From: Syntrophales bacterium
GTDB taxonomy: Bacteria; Desulfobacterota; Syntrophia; Syntrophales; UBA2210
Assembly (NCBI GenBank): GCA_963662405.2
Contig: CAXXKT010000001.1
Span: forward strand, 352,001-416,000
Length of the DNA: 64,000 nt
Reading direction: 5' to 3'
The notes beneath the pieces are model-generated. The model was not told the origin of the DNA and made no database searches. It worked only from the letters and a program-made list of their open reading frames with translations. Below are positions 32,067 through 41,202 of the stretch, piece after piece; position 1 is the first letter of the stretch; every line of letters begins with the position of its first letter. A program made the position numbers and the translations under genes.

Positions 32067-32745
32067 CATGACGACAAAAGGCATGACGGGGATGCCGGCT
32101 TTTCTGGTCCGCTTCATCCCTGCCCTTCTTATTATATCGGCGTTGTTCTACGGTTTTGGCGCGTTCTATACCCGGATGGTCCTCCCCGTTTTCGCCTTTG
32201 AAATGGAACTGTTTCATCCCGAATATGAAGTGCTGTCGTACGGAACGGAAAAAACCCGGACCGAGGGGAACAGCATGTATTATATTGTAAAGATCAACAG
32301 GGCCACTATCAACAAGGGCGGCATCCCCAAGTACGGGAAAACGGTCAAGCTGAATACGGTCGCCAGCGTCCTGTATATCCAGCCCATTATCGTGTTGTCT
32401 CTTCTCCTGTCATGGCCGGGGTTCTCCCTGAAAGAGCGAGGGTCCGGGATATTGATCTCCTTTCCCCTTATGCTGGCGGCGGCATCGATCGACATCCCCG
32501 TCTTTTTCATCTCTCAGATAGAACAAGGGTTCCCCGTCGGCTCCCCGTCAGAACAGATACGGATCATGCTGAACAATTTCCTCAGCAATGGAGGACGGCA
32601 GTTCCTTGCCCTTCTCGTCGTCCTGGTCACGATTGGGCTTATCAGCATCATGAAGAGCCCGCGGGTGGATCTGAACATACCCCCCAACGACCCCTGTCCA
32701 TGCGGGAGCGGCAAAAAATACAAGCAGTGCTGCATGAACAGATAA
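32059..32745 (+). CDS. exosortase-associated membrane protein with C-terminal SEC-C motif
   Basis: Several TMs; NDPCPCGSGKKYKQCC; overlaps exosortase stop. Confidence 0.75.
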   Translation: MSDMTTKGMTGMPAFLVRFIPALLIISALFYGFGAFYTRMVLPVFAFEMELFHPEYEVLSYGTEKTRTEGNSMYYIVKINRATINKGGIPKYGKTVKLNTVASVLYIQPIIVLSLLLSWPGFSLKERGSGILISFPLMLAAASIDIPVFFISQIEQGFPVGSPSEQIRIMLNNFLSNGGRQFLALLVVLVTIGLISIMKSPRVDLNIPPNDPCPCGSGKKYKQCCMNR

Positions 32746-32778
32746 AGGGGCTGATCTGTTATCGCCGGGGAGGGAAAA

Positions 32779-33519
32779 ATGAAGGTTACTTGGCACGAAG
32801 GCTTCACGCAGTCGTACTGTCTTGATCCGGCCGCGGAGTTCGGGCGGATGGAGGCCGTCACCAATGTTATAAAGGACCGGGTCGAGTTCGTTCCGGCAAT
32901 TCCTGCGTCTGAAAAGGATATCCGCGCCTGCCATACCGAGCAGCACATCGCCGCCGTGAAGCGGCAGGGACTCTACGAGATCGCCTCCCTCGCGGCGGGG
33001 GGGACCATCCAGGCCGCCGACATCGGTCTTGCGGAGCCCTGTTTCGCCCTGGTCCGTCCCCCCGGTCACCATGCCTCCGCGAACAGCGCCTGGGGATTCT
33101 GCTTCTTCAACAACATGGCAATCGCTCTCTCGAAGCTGAAACGGGAAGGAAAAATACAAAAGGCCTTCGTCCTCGACTTCGATCTCCACTTCGGCGACGG
33201 GACCGTCAATATCCTGGGCCACGCGGACTACGTAACCATTTACAATCCGTCGGACCACGACGCGAACGCCTACCTCCGGGGAGTGGAAGAGATGCTCCCC
33301 GCCGATGCGGATATTATCGGGATCTCAGCCGGTTTCGACAATCATCTCGAAGACTGGGGGGGCGTTCTCTCGACCGACGACTACCGGGAGATGGGACGCA
33401 TGGTGCGCGCCGCGAGCCGTACGAGCGGCGGGGGCTGCTTCGCCGTCCTGGAGGGGGGGTACAACCACCGGGTTCTGGGGCACAATGTCATGGCCCTGAT
33501 AGAGGGGCTGGAAGAGTAG
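32779..33519 (+). CDS. histone deacetylase family protein (short form)
   Basis: RPPGHHA, GFCFFNN, DFDLHFGDGT, SAGFD, LEGGY. Confidence 0.9.
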   Translation: MKVTWHEGFTQSYCLDPAAEFGRMEAVTNVIKDRVEFVPAIPASEKDIRACHTEQHIAAVKRQGLYEIASLAAGGTIQAADIGLAEPCFALVRPPGHHASANSAWGFCFFNNMAIALSKLKREGKIQKAFVLDFDLHFGDGTVNILGHADYVTIYNPSDHDANAYLRGVEEMLPADADIIGISAGFDNHLEDWGGVLSTDDYREMGRMVRAASRTSGGGCFAVLEGGYNHRVLGHNVMALIEGLEE

Positions 33520-33612
33520 GTATCCAAGACATATCGACACAGTATGACGGCGTTCGAGCCGACAATACCTCACGAGTTATCCCAGCATCGTCAGCAAGGG
33601 AGGGAACAATCC

Positions 33613-34662
33613 ATGAAGATACTCAAAAGAATCCTGCAGGGTATCGGCGTACTCATCGGAATCATTATCGTGTATTGTGCGATTATCACGTTCCTCCCCG
33701 GTTTCGAGGTCACGCAGCAGCCCCTGAGTGACGGGAAACAATCGGTCGCACAAGCGGAAGCCGATCTTTCTTCGTTCAGAAAGGATGTGAGCTTCACGGT
33801 TGAGGGAACGACGATCAGCGCGTGGCTCTTCCTGCCGGAGGATCTGTCAGCGAAGGTTCCCTGTATCGTTATGGGGCACGGTTTCGGCGGGACCAAGGAT
33901 ATGGGCCTGGAACGATACGCCCTTCTGTACCGGGATGCCGGCTACGCGGTCCTGGCCTTCGATTACCGCCATTTCGGTCAAAGCGGGGGCGAGCCGAGGC
34001 AGCTCATCTGGATACCCTACCAGCTGGAAGACTGGAAAGCCGCGATCCGATACGTCCGGGGCCTCGAGGAAATCGATCCGGAGAAAATCGCGCTGTGGGG
34101 GACCTCCTTCAGTGGGGGTCACGTAATCGTGACAGCCGCGCAGGACAACCGGCTCGCCTGCGTTGTCGCCCAATGCCCGGGGGTGGACGGTCATGCCTCA
34201 GGGGAAATGTTCGTAAAGAGGGTGGGAATCGGGCATGGGCTTCGCCTGCTCATGCATGGGCAACGTGACCTCATGAGGTCCCTCTTCGGGCTGTCGCCCC
34301 ATAAGATACCCATTGCGGGAAAACCGGGGACGATTGCCTGTTTGAACACGCCGGATGCGTATGACGGCTACCGCAAGACGGTTCCCGACACCTTTATCAA
34401 CGAAGTCTGCGCCCGTATATTGATACGGGGAGGCAAATACCGGCCGGTCAAACATGCAAGCAAAGTCCGCTGTCCGGTCCTCCTCCAGATATGCGAGGAA
34501 GACACCATCATCCCCCTGAGCGCGGCGCAGGAGACGGTCAAAGAGTTGGGGAAATACGGAGAGGCGATCTACTATCCTATCGGTCACTTCGATATCTACC
34601 GGGGGGGTCATTTCGAGGAGGCCCTCAACGATCAACTGGCGTTTTTGAAAAGGCACCTGTAG
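33613..34662 (+). CDS. alpha/beta hydrolase with N-terminal membrane anchor
   Basis: HGFGG, FDYRHFGQSGGEPR, GTSFSG. Confidence 0.85.
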   Translation: MKILKRILQGIGVLIGIIIVYCAIITFLPGFEVTQQPLSDGKQSVAQAEADLSSFRKDVSFTVEGTTISAWLFLPEDLSAKVPCIVMGHGFGGTKDMGLERYALLYRDAGYAVLAFDYRHFGQSGGEPRQLIWIPYQLEDWKAAIRYVRGLEEIDPEKIALWGTSFSGGHVIVTAAQDNRLACVVAQCPGVDGHASGEMFVKRVGIGHGLRLLMHGQRDLMRSLFGLSPHKIPIAGKPGTIACLNTPDAYDGYRKTVPDTFINEVCARILIRGGKYRPVKHASKVRCPVLLQICEEDTIIPLSAAQETVKELGKYGEAIYYPIGHFDIYRGGHFEEALNDQLAFLKRHL

Positions 34663-34689
34663 CTCAGCGCTTCGTGAAGGAGGAATTGT

Positions 34690-35661
34690 ATGCTGAAATC
34701 CATACTGATCTCGGCTTTTATCTCAATAGCGATCTACTTCGGTATCGCCGCCGTCCTGATCCTGAGCGGCATCCCCGATCCGCCTGCGCAGGATGAAAGC
34801 AGCCTCCGATTCGAGGAACTGTTCATCGATTACGAAGGCCTGCCCGATCTGCACCGCTACGAGGCCAGAGACGGGGCGCAGTTATCGTACCGCCATTACC
34901 CTTCCGAATCGAACACGGTCCTGATCCTGTTGCACGGCGCGGGGTATCACAGTCGCTACCTGATGCCCCTGGCCCAATTCATCAGCTCCGAAGGCCTGGC
35001 GCATGTCTACACCCCCGATCTGCGCGGGCACGGACCGGCCCCCACGCGAAGGGGCGATATCGACTACATCGGGCAATACGAGGACGACATCGCCGACCTG
35101 ATTGCCGTGGTCCGGGATCGGCACCCCGATGCCGCACTGATCGTCGGTGGGCACTCCTCCGGCGGCGGGCTGACGATTCGCTTCGCGGGGAGTCGGTACG
35201 GGCGGCAGGCCGACGCCTATCTCCTCCTGACACCCTATCTCAAATACAACGCCCCCACCATGCGCCCCCAATCCGGGGGATGGGCGCAGCCCTTCACGAA
35301 ACGTATCATCGGTCTGGTGCTCCTCAATAATGTGGGAATCCGCTCGTTCAATCACCTGCCGGTCATTCGATTCAATACACCCGAAGAGGCAAGGGACGGG
35401 ACGGAGACCCTGTCGTACACCTACCGGCTCAATACGGCATATGCCCCGAAGAATTACAAAAAGGGACTCAAGGCCATTACACAACCCATCCTGGTCGTGG
35501 CCGGCACCGCCGACGAGGTGTCGTACGCCGATCAATTTGAACCCGTCATCTCACAATACACCGACGCGCAGGTGGAACTACTGGCCGGTGTCACGCACAT
35601 GGGGGTCGTGGTGGGAAGCGAAACCCGACCGGTGATAAAGAAATGGCTGGAAGAACGGTAA
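34690..35661 (+). CDS. alpha/beta hydrolase (lysophospholipase-like)
   Basis: LHG, DLRGHG, GHSSGG. Confidence 0.85.
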   Translation: MLKSILISAFISIAIYFGIAAVLILSGIPDPPAQDESSLRFEELFIDYEGLPDLHRYEARDGAQLSYRHYPSESNTVLILLHGAGYHSRYLMPLAQFISSEGLAHVYTPDLRGHGPAPTRRGDIDYIGQYEDDIADLIAVVRDRHPDAALIVGGHSSGGGLTIRFAGSRYGRQADAYLLLTPYLKYNAPTMRPQSGGWAQPFTKRIIGLVLLNNVGIRSFNHLPVIRFNTPEEARDGTETLSYTYRLNTAYAPKNYKKGLKAITQPILVVAGTADEVSYADQFEPVISQYTDAQVELLAGVTHMGVVVGSETRPVIKKWLEER

Positions 35662-35761
35662 AAAGAAAAAGTTCGTAACGGCTTGTAGTATCTTTAAATT
35701 GTGTACCAGACATTTTTTTGAAGCTTAATCAATGTGAAAGGAGGAATGATAAAAAGTCTTC

Positions 35762-35945
35762 ATGAGCTGTGAATTGGGATACACTGTTTGAAACTTTATA
35801 GTTTTGGGCAGCAAGGCTACTGTTCGACATGTTTACTGGTCTTCGAGACCGCAAAGGAGAATGAAGAGCTGTAGCCGCAACATTCAATGATCTTCGAGAT
35901 CGAATAGGAGATTGGGACCAATTCACCTGACAGGCGCTGTCCAAG
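35762..35945 (+). ncRNA. putative IS110 bridge RNA (ends approximate)
   Basis: Outer stem GTGAATTGG 35769-35777 / CCAATTCAC 35918-35926; two internal loops capped by TTCGA hairpins, carrying target- and donor-matching segments. Confidence 0.8.
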
Positions 35946-35962
35946 ATGTGAGGAGGCGTTCT

Positions 35963-37075
35963 ATGAAGATGAGTATCGGGGTTGACCTTCACAAGACGCA
36001 GTTTACCGTTTGTTGTTTGAGTGAAGATCGGAGTGTTCAGGAGTCGGGCATCTACCCGACGACTGATCGAGGTTACCGGGCATTTATCATGAAGGTGTCC
36101 AACTGGAATGAGGGCGGTTACGAGGTCACGGCAGCGGTGGAATCAACAGGGAACACCCGACACTTTCGCAACCGGTTTTTGAAGGCGGGGATTGAGGTCA
36201 AGATAGTGAACACCTTGAAATTCAAGGTTGTAAATGAGTCAGTAAAAAAGACTGACAAGCATGATTCCCGCACATTGGCTGAGTTTCTTGAGAAAGATAT
36301 GCTTCCCGAGTCCATTCTTTGTTCGCAGGAAAGCGAGGACATTCGAAGGCTTCTCAAGTCACGTTCTGTTCTGGTGAAAGCTTTGGTATCCTTGAAAAAC
36401 CAGATACACGGTTTATTGCTTGGATATGGGATAGAGAGTCGGCGGGGACAGCTGCAGAGCAAAAAAGAAAGGCAGCGAATCCTTGACGGTCTCGCGGACC
36501 ATAGGAGTTACGGAAACGCTGCCCGAGCGGTAAAACCGCTTCTTGGTACAATAGACCAAATTGCATCCGAGGTCAAAGGACTTGAGCGCGTATTATCTGA
36601 TCTTGTTTCTGAAGACGAGGATGTTGCTCTGTTGCAAACGATTCCTGGCGTTGGAATAATAACAGCAGCGACGATTCGGGCTTATACCGATGACATCAAC
36701 CGATATGAGAGCGCCAAGCAGTATGCTGCTCATGCCGGTTTGGTACCATGGGTTCAAAACTCCAACAAGACCATTCGCCATGGTCATATTACCAAGCGAG
36801 GCCCCGTGGAACTGAGGACGGCTTTTGTGCAAATGGTAATGGGGATGCTACGGCTTCGGAATAAAACCGATGGATATTGGCTTATGTACAAATACAAAGC
36901 CATGAAAGAGAACAAGGGAACCGGGAAGAGCGTAATAGCGACGGCGCGAAAGATGAGCACTATTGTATATGCCATCTTGAAGAAGGGGGAGCCGTTTGAT
37001 CCATCGAAAATGCTGCCAGACCCGAAATATGTAGAGATGAGTAAGGTTGCGAGGTGTTATGCTTTGGCCGTTTAA
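35963..37075 (+). CDS. IS110 DEDD recombinase/transposase
   Basis: GVDLHK (D), VESTG (E), KTDKHD (DD), TIPGVG, GLVP..QNS catalytic Ser region, GHITKRG; AGGAGG RBS. Confidence 0.95.
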   Translation: MKMSIGVDLHKTQFTVCCLSEDRSVQESGIYPTTDRGYRAFIMKVSNWNEGGYEVTAAVESTGNTRHFRNRFLKAGIEVKIVNTLKFKVVNESVKKTDKHDSRTLAEFLEKDMLPESILCSQESEDIRRLLKSRSVLVKALVSLKNQIHGLLLGYGIESRRGQLQSKKERQRILDGLADHRSYGNAARAVKPLLGTIDQIASEVKGLERVLSDLVSEDEDVALLQTIPGVGIITAATIRAYTDDINRYESAKQYAAHAGLVPWVQNSNKTIRHGHITKRGPVELRTAFVQMVMGMLRLRNKTDGYWLMYKYKAMKENKGTGKSVIATARKMSTIVYAILKKGEPFDPSKMLPDPKYVEMSKVARCYALAV

Positions 37076-37139
37076 ATTTTAACCATGGGCCTGTTTGACA
37101 GGCTCTCCATGAATTGACTTTTTATAGGAGGAGGTATTG

Positions 37140-37814
37140 ATGGAACTGAAAGAAGCTATCACGAAGCGGATCAGCGTGAGGGGCTACAGACCGGATCCCG
37201 TTTCCCGGGAGGTCCTGACCGAGATCATTGAGACATCCCTTCGCGCGCCGTCCGCGATGAACGTCCAGCCCTGGGGGATCACCGTTCTTGCCGGCGGACC
37301 TCTGGACCGGTTGCGCGACACGAATATGGAGCTGCTGAAATCGGGCGCGGTTCCCGTTTCGGATTTCGGGCATGCGAAACCGTACGAAGGGGTCTACAAG
37401 GAACGCCAACGCACGCTGGGATTCCAATTATACGGCCTCCTCGGCATTGAGCGGAATGACAAGGCAAAACGAATGGAGTGGACCATGAAGGGGTTTCGGG
37501 GGTTCGACGCACCGGCCATGGTCATCCTGTCGGCCGACAAGGGCCTCGATACCCGGCTCGCCGGTTCCGATATGGGCGGACTCATTCAGACCATCTGTCT
37601 GGTGGCCCTCGAATACGGCCTGGGCACCTGCATCAACGGACAGGGCATCTTCTTCCCCGACGCCGTCAGGACGGTTGCCGGTATTCCGGAATCGCACAAC
37701 ATCTATATCTGTATCGCCATCGGCTATCCCGACTGGGACCATCCGGCGAACAGGCTGGTGAGCGACCGGGAGTCCATTGAAACCGTCACGCGCTGGGTCG
37801 GATTCGATCAATAG
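37140..37814 (+). CDS. nitroreductase family protein
   Basis: RISVRGY, APSAMNVQPW, GLGTC, IAIGYP. Confidence 0.9.
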   Translation: MELKEAITKRISVRGYRPDPVSREVLTEIIETSLRAPSAMNVQPWGITVLAGGPLDRLRDTNMELLKSGAVPVSDFGHAKPYEGVYKERQRTLGFQLYGLLGIERNDKAKRMEWTMKGFRGFDAPAMVILSADKGLDTRLAGSDMGGLIQTICLVALEYGLGTCINGQGIFFPDAVRTVAGIPESHNIYICIAIGYPDWDHPANRLVSDRESIETVTRWVGFDQ

Positions 37815-37858
37815 AAAACCTTTGGTATCCCGGTAACGGCAAGTCGCCTGTTGAAACG

Positions 37859-38197
37859 CGGGCCGTGGGGATGAAGAAGGCCAAGGAGATCTGGTACCTG
37901 TGCCGGCGCTACACGGCGAAAGAGGCGCTGGACATGGGACTGGTGAACGCGGTCGTCCCCCCGGACAAACTTGACGAAGAGGTCGCGGCGTGGTGCCGGG
38001 AACTCCTTGAGAAGAGCCCGACCGCCCTCAAGATGCTCAAGTATTCTTTCCACGGGGAGACGGACGGCGTCATGGGAATTTCCAACCTGGGGGTCGGCGG
38101 TCTCAGCATGTATTACGAAACGGACGAATCCCTGGAAGGGAAAACGGCCTTCATGGAGAAGAGAAGACCGGACTACTCGAAATTCCGAGGCAAGTGA
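37859..38197 (+). pseudogene. 5'-truncated MenB/BadI-type crotonase fragment
   Basis: VGMKKAKEIWYLCRRY..EALDMGLVN..AFMEKRRPDY is only the C-terminal ~110 aa; no RBS. Confidence 0.75.
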
Positions 38198-38330
38198 TTC
38201 GGCAAACCGCGGGAGGAACTCTTCCTCTGATCTTCACAATTACCCAGGATCTTTTTCACTTCTGACAGGAAATCCAGAAAATGTAAACAACGCTACTTTA
38301 TTTCACACTTTCCTGGACTTTGATTCTTCA

Positions 38331-40289
38331 TCACCGGATCAGCCACTGATCAAAGGGGAGTTCCTCCGGTTCGCGGTCGGCGGGGGCCAGTTCGGCGATA
38401 AAGCGTGACGGGACGGCGTCCGCGCTCCAGACGCCCTGGGTCCGGCCCACCAGGGGATGGCAGAAGTAAAGCTGGTCCTTCGCCCGGGTGGTGGCGACAT
38501 AGAAAAGCCGCCGCTCCTCGTCCTCTCCTCCCGGTTCCTTCAGGGCGCGGGCCAGGGGGAACATCCCTTCCGTGCACCAGATCATGAAAACGACCGACCA
38601 CTCGAGGCCCTTGGCCTGGTGGATCGAGCTGAGGACGACCTTGTGATTGTTCTCCTCCGGCCGGTAGGTGGCCTCTTCCTCCGTGATGTTCGTCATCAGG
38701 GCAAGGTCGCTCAGGAAATCCTCGAGCGAGACGAACTCCGATGAGAAGTTCGACAGCTGCCACAGGTCCTCCTCACGCGAGGCCCCGTCCCCGTATTTCT
38801 CCTCCATTCGCTCCCGGTAGCCCCCCTTCAGGATGGCATCGACAATCCGTGTCAGGGCGTGGGAGTTCGCCAGCTCACGGATCGTCTTCAGCGTTTCCCT
38901 GAATCCGTCGATCCCGGCCGCGGCACCCTTCGGGACTTTTTTCATGAACTCGTCGGAAAAGACGATTTCCATGGGTTCTTCCTGAGCGGAGATATACTCC
39001 CATATCTTCCGTGCCGTCACATCCCCGATCTTGGGGTAGAGTTTCAGGACCCGCTTCCAGGCGATCTCGTCCAGGGGGTTCGCCGCGATCCGCATGAAGG
39101 CGGTCACATCCTTGATGTGGGCCTGTTCGAAGAACCGGATCCCCGACCGGATCTCGAAAGGGATACCCCGCCGGACCAGTTCCATCTGGAGTTCCATGGA
39201 GTGGTAGTGAGCCCGGTAGAGGACGGCGATCTCCCCCAGGGGAACGCCTTCGTCGGACAGCTCGATTATCCGCTGGGTAACGAAATCGGCCTGCTGGAGG
39301 ACATTCCGAATGGGGACGAAGACGGGCCGGACCCCCTTCTTCCGGACGGCCCGCAGGACCTTCTCGAACTGCTGCGGGTTGTTCACGATGCTCATGTTGG
39401 CCAGGGCGAGGATCTCCGGGGTACTCCGGTAGTTGGTCTCCAGCTTGAAGACCTGCGCGTCCGGGTAGCGTTCCGGGAAACGGATGATATTAGTGAAATT
39501 CGCGCCCCGGAAGGAGTAGATGCTCTGGGAATCGTCTCCCACCACCATCAGGTTCCGGTGGCGCGAGGCGAGGAGGTCGAGGATCTCGGCCTGGATAATG
39601 TTCGTATCCTGGTATTCGTCCACCAGGATGTGACAGAACCGGTCGGCATACTCGCCCTGCACCTCGGGGAAATCGGCCAGGAGGGCACGCCAGTTGAACA
39701 GGATATCGTCGAAGTCCATCACGTTCAGCTCCTTCTTGCGGAGCCGGTAGCGCAGGGCGACCTTGAGGATGTCGGTGATGCACCGGGAGAGTTTGCGGTA
39801 TTTCCCCTCGATGATCTCTTCGATCGGCACCCCGGTGTTCGTGGAGAGGCTGATAATCTCTCCCAGGGTGCTGGGCTTGGGGAAGGTGCCGTCCGCGGTG
39901 TGGATTCCCAGCTCCCGGACACAGGTATTGATGAGCTGGCGCGAGTCCTCCGCGTCCACGATCGTGTAGCCCCGTTCGTATCCGAGGAGGTCGGCATACC
40001 GCCGGAGGATGCGGTTCCCCACGTGGTGGAAGGTCCCGCCCCACAACCTCCCCAGGTCCACATCCACCAGCTTCTCCACGCGCGACAACATCGAACGCGC
40101 GGCCTTGTTGGTGAAGGTGGCGAGAAGGATCTGTCCCGGGTCGATCCCCTCTTCGATCAGGTGGGCGACCCGGTAGGTAAGGGCACGCGTCTTGCCGCTC
40201 CCGGCACCGGCGATCACGAGGATCGGGCCGTCAGGGGCCCGCACCACGTCACGCTGTTCGGGATTGAGTTCCTGTTCGTAATCGATCAC
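38331..40289 (-). CDS. UvrD/PcrA-family ATP-dependent helicase
   Basis: AGAGSGKT, DEYQD, GDDSQSIY, NYRS, HQAKGLE, YVATTRA; probable GTG start 40289. Confidence 0.93.
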   Translation of the reverse strand: MIDYEQELNPEQRDVVRAPDGPILVIAGAGSGKTRALTYRVAHLIEEGIDPGQILLATFTNKAARSMLSRVEKLVDVDLGRLWGGTFHHVGNRILRRYADLLGYERGYTIVDAEDSRQLINTCVRELGIHTADGTFPKPSTLGEIISLSTNTGVPIEEIIEGKYRKLSRCITDILKVALRYRLRKKELNVMDFDDILFNWRALLADFPEVQGEYADRFCHILVDEYQDTNIIQAEILDLLASRHRNLMVVGDDSQSIYSFRGANFTNIIRFPERYPDAQVFKLETNYRSTPEILALANMSIVNNPQQFEKVLRAVRKKGVRPVFVPIRNVLQQADFVTQRIIELSDEGVPLGEIAVLYRAHYHSMELQMELVRRGIPFEIRSGIRFFEQAHIKDVTAFMRIAANPLDEIAWKRVLKLYPKIGDVTARKIWEYISAQEEPMEIVFSDEFMKKVPKGAAAGIDGFRETLKTIRELANSHALTRIVDAILKGGYRERMEEKYGDGASREEDLWQLSNFSSEFVSLEDFLSDLALMTNITEEEATYRPEENNHKVVLSSIHQAKGLEWSVVFMIWCTEGMFPLARALKEPGGEDEERRLFYVATTRAKDQLYFCHPLVGRTQGVWSADAVPSRFIAELAPADREPEELPFDQWLIR

Positions 40290-40311
40290 GTTCTTGACAA
40301 AACCATGTATC

Positions 40312-40959
40312 TCATCCCTTGAGGCTCTTTTCGATCTCGGCGACCGTCTCCTTGCTGCTGAGGGAAACGAAGGTCCGCAGGAGCCCTCTCCCATCGTAAA
40401 ACCCGATCAGGGGAGCGGTCTTTTCGTTGTAGGTCTCGAGGCGGTTCAGGATCGCCTCCTCCGTCTCGTCGTCGCGCTGGATGGTGGGACTTCCGCACTT
40501 TTTGCACGTCCCATCCGGATTGGGCGGATTGCTCTTGATATTGTATATCTCCTGGCACTCGGAATTGGAGCAGGTCCGGCGCGTGGTCAGGCGGTCCAGG
40601 ATCACATCCCTCGGGACCTCGAGGCTGACCACGAAGTCGAGGGCAATCCCCAGCTTTGCCAGCAGCTTTTCGAGTTCCTCGGCCTGCGGGATCGTCCGCG
40701 GGAAGCCGTCGAGGAGAAATCCCTTTGCGCAGTCGTCTTCCTGGAGGCGGGCCTCCATGATCTCCATGATCAGGGAATCGGGGACCAGATCCCCGCTGTC
40801 CATATATGCCTTCGCCTTTGTGCCGAGTTCGGAGCCGCTCTTCACGGCGGCACGGAGGATGTCTCCCGTCGAGATCTGCACGGACCCGTCAATCTCGGAC
40901 AGGAGCTTCGCCACGGTGCCCTTCCCCGCGCCGGGCGCGCCCAACAGTACAAGTTTCAT
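40312..40959 (-). CDS. adk: adenylate kinase (Zn-binding LID)
   Basis: GAPGAGKGT, STGDILR, DGFPR, Cys-rich LID. Confidence 0.95.
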   Translation of the reverse strand: MKLVLLGAPGAGKGTVAKLLSEIDGSVQISTGDILRAAVKSGSELGTKAKAYMDSGDLVPDSLIMEIMEARLQEDDCAKGFLLDGFPRTIPQAEELEKLLAKLGIALDFVVSLEVPRDVILDRLTTRRTCSNSECQEIYNIKSNPPNPDGTCKKCGSPTIQRDDETEEAILNRLETYNEKTAPLIGFYDGRGLLRTFVSLSSKETVAEIEKSLKG

Positions 40960-41007
40960 GATACTACCTCCTTGGTAATGTAAACGGACCCGTTATATAG
41001 GGAACCC

Positions 41008-41127
41008 ACCACGGGGTCAAGGGAATAGCGAAGTGACGTGGGGAAGGGAATGGGTTATGTACATTAATGGTGGTTAAGTGGTTGTTATTGCTTAGACTTT
41101 GATAAAATGGGCGCTGTCCCTATTTAT
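41008..41127. repeat. ~110-120 bp dispersed repeat, copy 1
   Basis: Shares GGTCAAGGGAATAGCG, AGTGACG, TTGTTATTG and GGCGCTGTCCCTATTTAT with 45859-45976. Confidence 0.85.
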
Positions 41128-41202
41128 TAAATAGAGAGGTGGTCCGGTTCATTAGGACAGGTAACAGGGATTTATAAGTGGGAAGTCGCCCTGTGTTTGT
41201 GT

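Larger units (their letters stand above)
35739..37132 (+). mobile_element. IS110-family insertion sequence
   Basis: Transposase with non-coding ends; AGGAGGA at both junctions (35739-35745, 37126-37132); no terminal IRs. Confidence 0.9.

Noticed and set aside
35838..35910. Repeated TCTTCGAGA units as CRISPR or tandem repeat
   Set aside because: Only two short copies and no cas genes; better explained as bridge-RNA loop caps
38859..40322. 487-aa plus-strand ORF
   Set aside because: Antisense shadow of the GC-rich UvrD gene; no motifs
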